A DNA stretch of 64,000 bases from Octopus sinensis (lineage: Eukaryota), in contig NC_043013.1 of assembly GCF_006345805.1 (NCBI RefSeq), forward strand, positions 20,274,001 through 20,338,000, given 5' to 3'. The notes below the pieces were generated by a model. That model saw only the letters and a program-made list of their open reading frames with translations, was not told the DNA's origin and did not search any database. This document shows positions 51,760-64,000 of this stretch, piece by piece (position 1 is the first letter of the stretch; every line of letters begins with the position of its first letter). The position numbers were made by a program, and so were the translations under genes.

Positions 51760-52610
51760 GATCAAAGAATGATTCAAAGCACAAACGGTCAGGGACCGAA
51801 TTAGCCGTCATGAGATGCAGTTCAGCTAACATAGTACCTGGTAGAGATACCACAGGTGACATCTTCCTAATTGAACAATTGCAGGCAACAAAGTACTTAG
51901 CTAAGAGTCAGCCACTATACCTAAGATTCATTGACTTAGAGATCTTTCACAGAAAGCCACTCTTAGTAATTCGGTAGTTACGAAGAAAACTAGGTGTAGA
52001 CCTATGTCTTGTGAGAATAGTTTAATCCTTTAGAATTTAAACCAGTTCTATCAAGCCAAAATATTCTACCTCTAAGTAGATGCACTTGAGCAATAAGCAT
52101 CAAACAGCATTCCAGAAATTGTTTCTCTTAGATGACTGGGTATCTCACTAGAAGTAGCTGATACCTTTTGTTACCAAGGAAACAAAATTAGTAGGGGGAT
52201 GTTGTAGCTCTGAAAGTAGAGTAGCCAAAGTAAGAACATGCAGTAAAAAGTTCAGGGAACTGTTGCTTCTGTTGGCAAAAGAAAGTCTTCTTTTTTCAGA
52301 ATTAAGGGCCGATTGTATGATGCTTGTGTTAGAAATGTCAAGTTGCATGGCAGTGAGATATGGGTTTTGAATGAATGTAGAGAAGTTTTGAAAACTACAG
52401 AGAAATGCGGCAGACATGCTTCAGTGGATGTGTAATGTTTGTGTACATGAACATCAGAGTACGAATAAGCTGAGAGAAATTTTGGTTATAAAGGGAATCA
52501 GATGTAGTGTACAAGAGAGTACACTGTTTCGGTATGGACTTGTGATGCATATGGAAGCTGATTGCTGCAGACGAAGAAGATGGAGAAAGACTTTGGACAA
52601 GGTGGTGAGT
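51760..52610 (+). mobile_element. Old degenerate RTE-like LINE RT fragments, interrupted by a MITE end at ~52020-52075
   Basis: gagatgcagttcagc...ggtagagataccacagg...aagtacttagctaagagtcagccactatacctaagattcattgacttagag resembles EMQF..PGRDTT..EKYLAK..PLY..FIDLE. A later part resembles MLQWMCNV. Confidence 0.7.
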
Positions 52611-53246
52611 TGAGGTGTATGTGTGTGTGTGTGTGTGTGTGTCCTTCCCAGCCTATATTAGCTGTCTCTCCTCACATTCCTCTTATATACACCTGATGAT
52701 CACCTGGCCCGCATTCCTCTTCCGCGTTCATTTCAGTTATCCCTCTATTACTCATACCTCTCCATACACCTCCCCCCCTTACCATCACTATTATTCTTGC
52801 CCCCTCCCAGCCTCATTACTCTACATGTGCCCTCTGTCTCTCCCCCAGCGATCTCCCCCATTCCAATAAGTCCACCCTATCACTCATACCCCCACCATTC
52901 TCAGCTCACCTGCTGTCAATATTCACAAACAACAAATGGAACCCTTTCTATCACTGTATGGAGGAGTTGAACCTGTAACCAAATAGTATGCCTCTCTCTA
53001 AAACCAGGCTCTAAAACCAGGCTCTAAAACCAGCCGGAAGGCAGCCTCTATTCATTATTGTGGGGTCTGTAAATCGTAATTTACAGAAACTAAGTTAATG
53101 AAAATACAGTTAGGGGGTTTGAAGTTAGTTTTAAAATGTGGAGTAGAAGATCGGTGGTGGTAGTGGTCGTCGTCGTCGCCATCTTCTTCTACTCCTTCTT
53201 CTTCTTCTTCTTCTTCTTCTTCTTCTTCTTCTTCTCCTTCTCTTCT

Positions 53247-53346
53247 NNNNNNNNNNNNNNNNNNNNNNNNNNNNNNNNNNNNNNNNNNNNNNNNNNNNNN
53301 NNNNNNNNNNNNNNNNNNNNNNNNNNNNNNNNNNNNNNNNNNNNNN
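53247..53346. other. Assembly gap (100 N)
   Basis: N run between (CTT)n and (TA)n microsatellites. Confidence 1.
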
Positions 53347-54534
53347 ATACGTAAATATATGTATGTATATATATGTGTGTGTACATATATATATATGTAC
53401 ATATATGTGTGTGTGTGTGTATACATATACATACACATGTGTATATATATATATATATTTACATACTCGGATATATATATATATATATATAATTAAATAA
53501 GGGTAGAAATTGATATCAATCAATTAAAACCAGTGGCCTAGCATATTCTAAAGATTAAAAATTAATTTACATACAAAATTTAGAGGACTGACCACTAAAA
53601 GTGGACAGCCTATATGTTAGATATAGACTTCAAATCGCCATTTTCTACGAAGAATGTTTTCAAGAAAAAAACTCAGCAAAAACCAAAGTATAAAAATAAG
53701 CAAGACAAATGAAAATATACGAAATAAAAAAACCATTACCTATGTTATATATGTTTATATATTGAACTGATTGACCAAGTTTCAAATATGAAAGAGCTCT
53801 CGATGCAATGAACATAGCATGAATTTATATTTTACAAGTTTGAGCTCATGTTAGTACTATTCTCAAAGTGACTCAAAAGGTGGTTGAGTCAATTTTATAT
53901 CTGACTTGGTTGACTTGTGCATCTGGATACGAATAAAACAAAGAAATTCACAACTTTCGTATGTGGATGTATACACACACAGCTATATAAACACACATGT
54001 ATTATGTAACAGGCTGTGAAAAGCCGGTACAAATACACACGCATACTGAAGATATATATATATTTATACACACACAATATGTGTGTGTATGTGTATATAT
54101 TATACATGGTCAAGATTATATATACGATCATGTGCTAACACTGCAACCACTAAGCACAGAGACTAATATTTCGAGTGTTGAGCTCGTAATCATATGGTCA
54201 TAGGTTTGATTCATGTGGTAAGTGGTGTGTTGTGTCCTCAAGTAAATATACAGCAATTAGCACAATTCCAGCTCAGAGTGAATGTACATAGGATCAAAAC
54301 ATTCCAGCCTTGACTATCCTGTTATATTTTCAGACAGTGTATCTAGGACTACAATTTGTAATGCATCATCATTTTAAAACAATAGGTTTAAAGGAAGATT
54401 TGGCTGCTATTTTAAAAGATGGTGATATATTTATTAAAACTTCGGTATTAATAGATGATTATGTGTATGCGTGTGCTTTATGAATAGGAGCAAAACATTT
54501 TTCGTTGACAATAATATATTGGTAATAATAATAA

Positions 54535-54565
<31 letters not shown>

Positions 54566-55348
54566 AATAATGAAGTTGGAAGAATTGAAGAAAATGTTCC
54601 TTAGTTTATTTATATACAAAAATCTTTAAAATTTTCCAAAGAAACGAAATGGAATGAAATAAAATACAGCAAAATAAAATAACTTGATTGTTCTACTTTA
54701 TTTAATTGTATTTCATTTAATTTAATTTCCGTGGAAAATTTAAAGACTCTCTGTAGTTATATGTAAATAAACTAAGGAACAATTCCTTTACTTCTTATGA
54801 CTAATTATTATTATCAATATTATTGCCTGTACACACACACACATATATATTTGAAAACGTATAGATATACATACACACACAGAGTCGAACTGCATGCACA
54901 CAGTTCAGTGTTATATATGTATATACACAGTGTTATTCCAATGTGTGTTTATCTGTGTGTGTTGTACAATATATTTTAACCAACAAACTGAAATGCTAAT
55001 GACAGATTGGTTCTTTTTATTGATTTGGCTTTTCCTTCTTAATTATGTCTTATTAATTATATAATTTTGAAACTATAATGAAAACTAAAGTGTTCAGTCA
55101 TTAATAATTGTGTCAGTATTTAACATTTCTGCTCTTAACCCAACACACACACACACACACACCTGAAGTGAAGCCATAACTACTTTCACCTACTCAGTCT
55201 AGATGTACCTATCATGATGATGATGATGATGATGTGGTTCTTGTAAGGCATCATATTCTGAGAACTTCCTTGGTGAATCAAACTTTAAACCTACCTTGAC
55301 ATGTATGCATGTGGATGTGGGCACTCACATACGATTATTTTATGCTCC

Positions 55349-55379
<31 letters not shown>

Positions 55380-55639
55380 CACCCACACTCTACAGATAAA
55401 TAAATAAAAATAATGTTTAAAAGAATGTTAAGGCAGCAAGCTGGCATGGCTTGGACAGAATCATTAAAGGCCAGGCGAAATAACTAGTGGTATTTTATCT
55501 GCCAGGATCAACCTTCATCATCTTGGAGATTTTCATGCTGGTGTGTCTTGGACAGTTGTTTCTGTGTTCCTATCTGGGTTAGAGGATTACATCTCACTCA
55601 TATATACTTTGGTTTCGTTTCCAACTGTTGCCCTGAGTT

Positions 55640-56400
55640 AGTAGAAGACAGAGGACATCCAGCTGTTAAAACTAGCCCCTATCTAGTGCAGAGAGGGCAT
55701 CCAGATGTCAAAGCAGTAGCCCATAGTTAGAGGATGCAAGGGCATCTAGCTGTTGAAACTGCAGCACTTTGTTAGTGACAAAATGGCATTTAGCTGGTAA
55801 AACTCTAGCTCCTGTTTAGTGTAGAGAGGGTACCCAGCTGTAAAAAAATGTAGCCCTTAGAGTGTTACAGAAGGTATCAAGCTTTAAAAACTGTTGGCCC
55901 CTATTTAGTATAGAGAGGGCATCCAGCTGTTAAAAATGTAGCCCTTAATTAGAGTGTTACAAAGGGTATCAAGCTTTTAAAACTGTGGCCCCTATTGAGT
56001 GTAAAGTTGGCATCCAGCTGTTAAAAATGTTACCCTTAATTAGAGTGTTACAGAGGGTATCAAGCTTTTAAAACTGTGGCCCCCATTGAGTGTAAAGTTG
56101 GCATCCAGCTGTTAAAAATGTTACCCTTAATTAAAGTGTTACAGAGGGTATCAAGCTTTTAAAACTGCGGCCCCTATTGAATGTAAAGTTGGCATCCAGC
56201 TGTTAAAAATGTTACCCTTAATTAGAGTGTTACAGAGGGTATCAAGCTTTTAAAACTTTGGCATCCAGCTGTTAAACCTCTAGCCCCTAGTTAGTGGGGC
56301 ACAGTAGCCATCCACTTGTAAAATGTATAGTACCAAGTAAGGAAAATATGGAAGAGATCTAGCTATAAAAATTGTAGCCCCTAGTTAATGGAGTGTTGCA
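55640..56400. repeat. Minisatellite: ~44-bp monomers with a homogenised 91-bp dimeric unit
   Basis: atccagctg at 55921, 56012, 56103 and 56194 (period 91). Alternating subunits ggcatccagctgttaaaa and ggtatcaagcttttaaaa. Confidence 0.88.
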
Positions 56401-56718
56401 TGGTATAGAGGGGATCAAACTGTTAAAGCTAGTCCCTACACAAACACAGATGACCAAAATTGGAAGCTGCGTGATACGCACATGCAGCTGCTTGCATGAG
56501 TGTATAGCATCCATGCATGTCATATGTATGTAGACATGTATATATCCCTAGATACGCATACAGAATTCGATACCATTCCCAGAAAAGTCATTGTTGGTAT
56601 TCCGGTTGGTTGACAATAACTTAATTTGTATCAAGTTCCTTTTCCTTGTCTGACATAAATCATATTACAGTATATACAGGTGTAAATGTATGTGAGTGTG
56701 TGTGTCTTAAAGATTATA

Positions 56719-56754
<36 letters not shown>

Positions 56755-56944
56755 TACATATATATTCAAAATTATATCTATATATATAATAACACAATAC
56801 ATATATACATATATATATTATATGAATACGTATATCTTCAAAATTATATCAATATATATATACATATATATGTGTATGTGTGTATATTTTAAAAATATAA
56901 TCAATATATATATATGTATATATCTCTATATATATATGTGTGTG

Positions 56945-56973
56945 TGTGTGTAAGTATCTTTAAATATTCATGC

Positions 56974-57005
<32 letters not shown>

Positions 57006-57181
57006 GCATATATATATGTGTGTGTGTATCTTAAAATATTCATGCATATATATACATATATATATATATATATATGCATATATATATGTGTGTGTGTATC
57101 TTAAAATATTCATGCATATATATACATATATATATATATATGCATATATATATGTGTGTGTGTATCTTAAAATATTCATGC

Positions 57182-57212
<31 letters not shown>

Positions 57213-57275
57213 TATATATGTGTGTGTGTGTATCTTAAAATATTCATGCATATATATATATATATATATATATTT
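56945..57275. repeat. Compound (TA)/(TG) higher-order repeat, 5 units of 66-72 bp
   Basis: Anchor aaatattcatgcat recurs, with attca at 56966, 57038, 57108, 57174 and 57242. Confidence 0.8.
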
Positions 57276-57839
57276 ACACACTCACACACATAAATATAAG
57301 TCACTTCTATGGGTATATAAAATGAAGCTAATAGTAATACACTTGGGTGTGTATACACTTGTGTGTGTTTACAACTGAGGTTATTTCACAAACTATGATC
57401 AGAGGTGGTGAATGGAATAAATTTGCAATTAAAATTTACAGTTTAAATCAAAATTCAATAACAAAAGGAAATTCAATTTCTCTTGAATATTTCAAAAACA
57501 AATTTTTTTTTTTTTTTTTCATATTCAGCTTTCAGCTTTTGATCCACCTCATTCTTGGAATGTTTCATTGTGTAATAGACCTGTCCAACCCAGAAAGAAA
57601 TATTGGATATGAATGCTATTATGATAATGATAATAAGGACGGTGGCTAGTTTCTATATAAATATCTTGAGTTTATTTTACAGTTTCAAAACACTAAAAAG
57701 ACAAAAAAAAAAGTCAAATTGAAAAAAACACGAAACAAAATTCAGTTGAAATTGCTACTCATTGGTAAAGTTGATCTGGTTATGTATAATGTGTGTGTGT
57801 GTGTGTGTGTGTGTACATGTTTATATATATATGTATTGT

Positions 57840-57965
57840 CCAAAGTGTGCAGTATTATATATCCATCACAGCTGATCTTATCAATCGGTTTCATGCTAGG
57901 TGTACAATGGAGTGTTAGGTAACAATCTGATTATATAACCCTATGTTCATCAGAGGCGGCTGGTA
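57840..57965 (-). mobile_element. Dispersed repeat with decayed long-stem-II hammerhead (copy A)
   Basis: Minus strand: gccgcct-CTGATGA-acatagggtt...ctagcat-GAAACCGATTGATA-agatcagc. Homologous to 62060-62190. Confidence 0.5.
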
Positions 57966-58167
57966 TGGAATGAAATATGGTGACTACCCTTTTTTGATGT
58001 GTATATATATATATATATGCAAATACACATACATACATATGTGCATGTTTGTATGCATGTGAGTATATGTAATTTTGTGCATGTATTTTTAATTTATATA
58101 TGTGTATTTAAATCTTAAAATATATATATGTATCTTAATATATATATATACACACACTCAAATGCAT

Positions 58168-58214
<47 letters not shown>

Positions 58215-58390
58215 AGATATTGGGAGTTTAGGTAACAGTATATATATATATGTATTTATACATGTGAACAGACATATAATACACACACACACATGTTTGT
58301 ATGTACGTGTCTTTGTGTATCTAATCTATATATGTATCTATCATCTACATGTGCGTATGTATCAGTAATCTACTCATGTATGTATCAATA

Positions 58391-58428
<38 letters not shown>

Positions 58429-58875
58429 GTACTTGTAGTGTCTCTCTATAAATATGTATGTATCTGTAGTCAACATAAGTGTATGTATCTGTAGTCTATA
58501 TGTGTGTCTAATCTATATACGTATAAGTATCTGTGTACTGTATGTATTTGTATATGGCAGTGCTTCTCAAACATTTTCTTAATTATTGCTCTTTTTCTAT
58601 TCCTAACACTTAATCAATGCTAATTTTTAAAGTAAACCTATCACAGAACCAGTCCAAATTTTCTAACACACAAAAAAAAACAAGCAAAACAAAACCTGAA
58701 TTACTTCATTGCTAAACATGCAGGTGGCTGTCTTTAATTAGAAATTTAAACTCACCAGTTTCAAAACAACATAAAACTAAATATCATTTACTACATCTAC
58801 GTTTACTTCTATACACTATCAGAAAAGTAGAAGAAAACTTATAGCTGCAAAAAGGGATCACCTCAGTAAATTTAT

Positions 58876-59300
58876 TTAAAGTTTTAGACCCAAAAGACTT
58901 TCCCTTACACATAACTTACACTTATCAGTATTAACTCTGAAATAAGGGGTTCTTGAAATAACAGACCATTCAAGAGAATATCTTTTATTATTCCTCTTTA
59001 AGCCATGTATATAAGATGCAAGTGTAGTAGAATTACAGTAGTTTTCATTTGAAAATGAATTCATGTGGGCCCTATACCAAGCATTAAAATTTACAGTACT
59101 GCCTATATAAAACTTTTCCAAATTACTCTCCTCTTTAGCAACGCATTTCTATATTGCATTAGTAGTGAGACAGAACACATTAAGGGGAGATAATCCAGAG
59201 TTTCTACAATTACAGGATTTACCAGAGCCATCCCTAACCTTATTACCAATTCTAACATTACCTATCTGGAGTCTCATGCTCTTTCCTTCACATATCTCAT
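58876..59300 (-). mobile_element. Penelope-like element GIY-YIG endonuclease relic
   Basis: Minus-strand translation GKSCNCRNSGLSPLNVFCLTTNAI*KCV...KFYIGST.NF...AHMNSF...NSTTLASYI..LK...W......CKLC matches the PLE CNC..CPL..CL / YIG / NSTxL / CxLC pattern. It contains a stop codon. Confidence 0.78.
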
Positions 59301-59617
59301 TACAGGGGTTCGATATTATATGTATATATGCATGTATAATAATATATGTATATGTATGTATGTATATGTATGTATATATATTTATATGTATGTGTGTATA
59401 TTATATATATGTGTGTATGTGTATACGTATGTATATATGAGTATGTATATATATATATATATGTATGTATATAGATATATATATAATATGTATGTATATA
59501 GATATATATATATGTATGTTTGTGTATGCATATTTATATATATGTATATGTATGTATATATATGTATGTGTGTGTGTGTGTATCTATACATATATATATA
59601 TATAAACATATTTAAAG

Positions 59618-60295
59618 GATAAAAATCATTAAAAAATAATGAATTTTATCAGTAGTCAACGCATAAAAAAATCCTATCAGGTAAAATCCGTATATAGATA
59701 TATAATCACACAGAATATAATTATAATTAAGGGCACAGGAGCTACTGTACCTATGTGCTAGAAAAAGGCACCAAATATGTTCAACCACTATAAAATTCAC
59801 TTTGATATACACATTCTAAAAGTGGGAAAAGTAGACAAACCAAAAAATTTGTAAAATAATTTGGATAATCCTAGATTGATAAATTTCTGGATAAGTATAA
59901 CTCTTCCGTGATTAGTAACATATACCAAGCAAAATAAATTAAAATATATATACATACCCATATAAATGCACACGCATAAATACGAGTACATATAAATATC
60001 CGCAAATATATACCAATCAAATTTCATAATTCACTTCAACACTTGTGTGTTTGATCAGAATAATACAGAAGTAAATAAACTGTCCAGCAGTGAATGAAAT
60101 ACATCTCAACATAATTAGATAAAAAAATAATTAAAAATGAATGAATTTTATCTGGGGCCAGCATATAAAAAAAAAGACACCTTTTAGGTAAAATCAGTGT
60201 ATGGATATATAATTATATAGAACATAATAATAATTAAGGGCTCAGAAACTACTATGCCTATATTCTAGAAAAAGATGCCAAATGCGTCCAACCAT
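59618..60295. repeat. Diverged ~175-bp direct repeat pair (~59618-59790 and ~60118-60295)
   Basis: Shared gataaaaa..gaattttatc..aggtaaaatc..aattaaggg..ctact..ctagaaaaag..ccaaat..caacca. Confidence 0.65.
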
Positions 60296-60399
60296 ATATA
60301 CGGAAGTGAATCTTGTAGTGGTTGGTGATATTTGGTGGCTTTGTTTCTAGCATATAGCCACAGTGGCTTTTGTGCCGTAATTATAATTATAGTCTATAT

Positions 60400-60618
60400 C
60401 AGTGCTTTTCAAACTTTTTGCTGGAGCGGAACCCCAAGGAAACATTCCACTGGCTCGAGGAACCCCTGTACAATAATTTAATAGTCTTATGCACACATAT
60501 CTGCACAGGAGAATTAAAAATTACTGCCGATTTTAGCAGTTTTGTAACTTCTTGCGGAACCCCTGGACTGTACTGGCGGAACCCTAAGGTTCCGAGGAAC
60601 CCTGGTTGAAAACCACTG
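60400..60618. mobile_element. hAT-like MITE with intact 8-bp TSD
   Basis: TIRs cagtgcttttcaa / ttgaaaaccactg. TSD gtctatat at 60392-60399 and 60619-60626. Confidence 0.88.
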
Positions 60619-61463
60619 GTCTATATACTTATCTATCTATTTGTCTGTCTGTTTATCTATCTGTATATATGTATGTATGTATATATATATATATGTATGT
60701 ATGTATATATGTATGTATATATATATGTGTATGTATGTATATATATATGTGTATGTATGTATATATATGTGTATGTATGTATATATATATGTGTATGTAT
60801 GTATGTATATATATATGTGTATGTATGTATGTATATATATATGTGTATGTATGTATGTATATATATATGTGTATGTATGTATGTATATATATATGTATGT
60901 ATGTATATATGTATGTATATATATATATATGTATGTATATATATATATATATAATTGCATATTATCTCTACAAAGTATCTGTTTTGTGTATATATGTATC
61001 TGTAGTATGTATTACATGGGTTGTGTGTATATGTAAATACATATATATGAGTGTATAGTGTGTATAGGTAATGTCTGTGTGTGTAATGGGTCTGTATAGT
61101 TTGTAGAGGTGTGTTAGTGTATAATGTTCTCTATAATATATAAGTATGTATCATCTCTATAGTGTATGCGTAGCATGCATATATGTAATATATCTATAGT
61201 ATGTACAGGTACATGTGGTGTGTATGCACCTGTATAATGTAGATATGTAGTGTCTGAATGTTGACGATGAAGCCTATAGCATAGTATCTGAATATATATA
61301 TAGGGTGTATATGTATATAGTGTCTGTATAGTATATATGCATGTCTTGGATATATGTGCCTGTTGCATTTATAGTGCATGTGTGTACATATATATGTGTT
61401 TGTGTGTGTGTGTAGTGTTTGTATGGTACAAGTGCATGTTGACTGTTGGATATATATGTTTAC

Positions 61464-61516
<53 letters not shown>

Positions 61517-62059
61517 ATATATATACACACATACATATATATACACACATATATACATATATATACATATATATACACATATATATACATATATATACAC
61601 ATATATATACACATATATATACACATATATATACATATATATATATACACATATATACATATATATATATACATATATACACATATATATATACACATAT
61701 ACACATATATATATATACACATATACACATATATATATATACACATATATACATATATATATATACATATATACACATATATACATATGTATATATACAT
61801 ATATACACATATATACATATATACACATATATACATATATATATACATATATACACATATATATATATACATATATACACATATATATATATACATATAT
61901 ACACATATATATATATATACATATATACACATATATATATATACATATATACACATATATATATATACATATATACACATATATATATATACATATATAC
62001 ACATATATATATATATACATATATACACATATATATATATATACATATATATATATTAA

Positions 62060-62190
62060 TTGAAATGTACAGTATTATGTATCCGTAACAGCCAATGTTA
62101 CCAATCAGTTTTGCACTCGGGGTTCAATGGAGTGTTAGATAACTGCTCGATTACATAGCCCTGTGCTCTTCAGAGATGGCAGTTGGCTGT
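62060..62190 (-). mobile_element. Dispersed repeat with decayed long-stem-II hammerhead (copy B)
   Basis: Minus strand: gccatct-CTGAAGA-GCAC aggg...cccga GTGC-(A)AAACTGATTGGTA-acattggc. Confidence 0.5.
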
Positions 62191-63489
62191 TCGATATATA
62201 TGCCTGTAGTGTCTGTAGTGTGTATGTATGTATGTAGTGTTTATAATGCGACTAAATATTAGAGATTTCTTTTCATTCTTGTAAATTATTTCAGCTTTTT
62301 TACCAAACTTCTTGGAACCTAATTTTAGAAACTGTAGACTTTGAACGCCTCACCTCTTCATACAGTAACTAGGACAGACCATACATCCAACTTACTGTAA
62401 AAACTTTCAACGCACAAAAACCTCCATTGCTAACCATTTCCAGTGAAAAACAGTTGCAGAATAAAATATGGAGAGAATATTCAATCACAAACTGAAAGGA
62501 TTTTAAACTCAAAAGTAAAAAAAAAAGAAAAAAAAAGGAAAAATTACCCAGAAAATATTCAGAAAAAAAAAATCTATATTTTTATCAATATTCCTATTGT
62601 CATGTTGTAATCATAATAATAATTATGGTTACAACAACAACAACAATCTACCGTTTTGTTAATTCTGATAACCTTTGTACCTTTGTTATATTACCACATA
62701 ATATCACTATTGGTAAACATTTTAAATATACACAGAATATTATATATATATGTATACATATGTATATTATGTATATGTGAATATGTATATATATATATAT
62801 ATGTATGTATATATGAGGATGTATATTTCTGTTTTGTTTTGTTTTTTTGTTTCTAATTGATGGAAATCTCTCCAGAATATTCCATATTTTAAAATATATT
62901 TGCATCAATAATTCAGATTTTCAAACATTTCTCCAATTGACAAATTTTTTTCAAGTTTATCATCAGCATTATTATTATTATTATTATTGTTATTATTATT
63001 ATTGTTATTATTCAAGCAAATGACCTAACAGAATCATAAGTGCTTCAGACAAAATGCGTAGCAGATTTACTTCCAGCTCTTGACATTCTGAGTTCCAATC
63101 CTGCTGAAGTCAACCTAGTTTTTCATCCTTTCAGGGTTGATAAAGTAGGGTACCAGTTGACTACTGGGGAGAGTCGATGTAATAGAGCAATGGCCTCTCC
63201 CTAAAATTGCTGGCCTTGTGCCAATAATTGAAACATTTTATTAGTCTTGTTGATTGTTGATAAAAGAAATACCAGTCACAATCTGGGCTCATTCTACTAT
63301 ATCATCTCCCAACTTCACACTCCATTTTCTGGCTTTATGTCAGTGTAAGAAATCAGGGTCTATAGATTCAAATGTTCGTTCCTCTCCCACAATTAGGGCC
63401 TTGGTCCTATAGTGTCAGTGATGTACCAGTTACATACTGGGTTCAACATAACAACCCTGTCGCTTTCTACCTATATTACAAATCATTAT

Positions 63490-63972
63490 TGGCTGATGGA
63501 TTGGCAGAGGTCTTAGAATACCAGAAGAAATGCCTTGTGGTATTTAGTTACAGGCGCCAAGCTGGTAGAAACATTATCACACCAGGCAAAATGCGTAGCC
63601 GTTTTTCGTCTGCCGTTACGTTCTGAGTTCAAATTCCGCCAATTTTCATTTTTGCCTTTCATCCTTTCGGGGTCGATAAATTAAGCACCAGTTACGCACT
63701 GGGGTCGATGTAATCGACTTAATCCATTTAACTGTCCTTGTCTGTCCCCTCTGTGTTTAGCCCCTTGTGGATAGTAAAGAAATAGGTATTTCGTTTGTTG
63801 CTACGTTCTGAGTTCAAATTCCACCGAGGTCGACTTTGCCTATCATCCTTTCGGGGTCAATTAAATAAGTACCAGTTATGCACTGGGGTCGATATAATCA
63901 ACTTAATCCGTTTAACTGTCCTTGTTTGTCCTGTCTGTGTTTAGCCCCTTGTGGCTAGTAAAGAAATAGGTA
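63490..63972 (+). mobile_element. Tandem SINE family B copies
   Basis: Two bodies ending gtagtaaagaaataggtat, preceded by a duplicated head. Confidence 0.85.
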
Positions 63973-64000
63973 TCTAGTTACAGCTTTTTATAATTTAAGT

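Noticed and set aside
52996-53033. ctctaaaaccagg repeated three times
   Set aside because: Short local slippage duplication next to a gap; no further significance evident.
53480-53900. Structured AT-rich repeat with small hairpins and a minus-strand gaaacttggtc
   Set aside because: No matching CUGAnGA half or stem I was found, so it cannot be classified.

Overview
Repeat-rich, AT-rich animal genomic DNA. The SINE and RTE-LINE families and microsatellite density suggest an octopod cephalopod (Octopus-like; inference, not verified). The only host protein-coding signal I can support is two spliced + strand exons of a class I myosin motor domain: 14322-14437 and 43482-43576 (P-loop GESGAGKT), joined in frame across a 29,044-bp phase-2 intron. 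The rest is mostly transposon-derived: RTE-like LINEs and many solo 3' ends, an L1/Tx1-like C-terminus, two main tRNA-derived SINE families, relics of Tc1, tyrosine-recombinase (DIRS/Ngaro-like) and Penelope GIY-YIG elements, hAT- and piggyBac-like MITEs, minisatellites, long microsatellites and a 100-N gap. Almost all ORFs in the supplied track are microsatellite artefacts. The most interesting signal is a set of hammerhead-ribozyme (HHR) motifs in four different repeat families. The clearest is a young 362-bp tandem array at 26784-28188, antisense within the myosin intron. Each unit has a minimal type I HHR with a U3-A8 core variant and a palindromic stem III, and the array ends in a fold-back inversion, resembling a retrozyme or Penelope pseudo-LTR array that could yield ~362-nt circular RNAs. 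A second family is a tRNA-headed SINE-like element with an HHR in its tail, found as head-to-head dimers. All structures were read by eye; none was folded or searched computationally.
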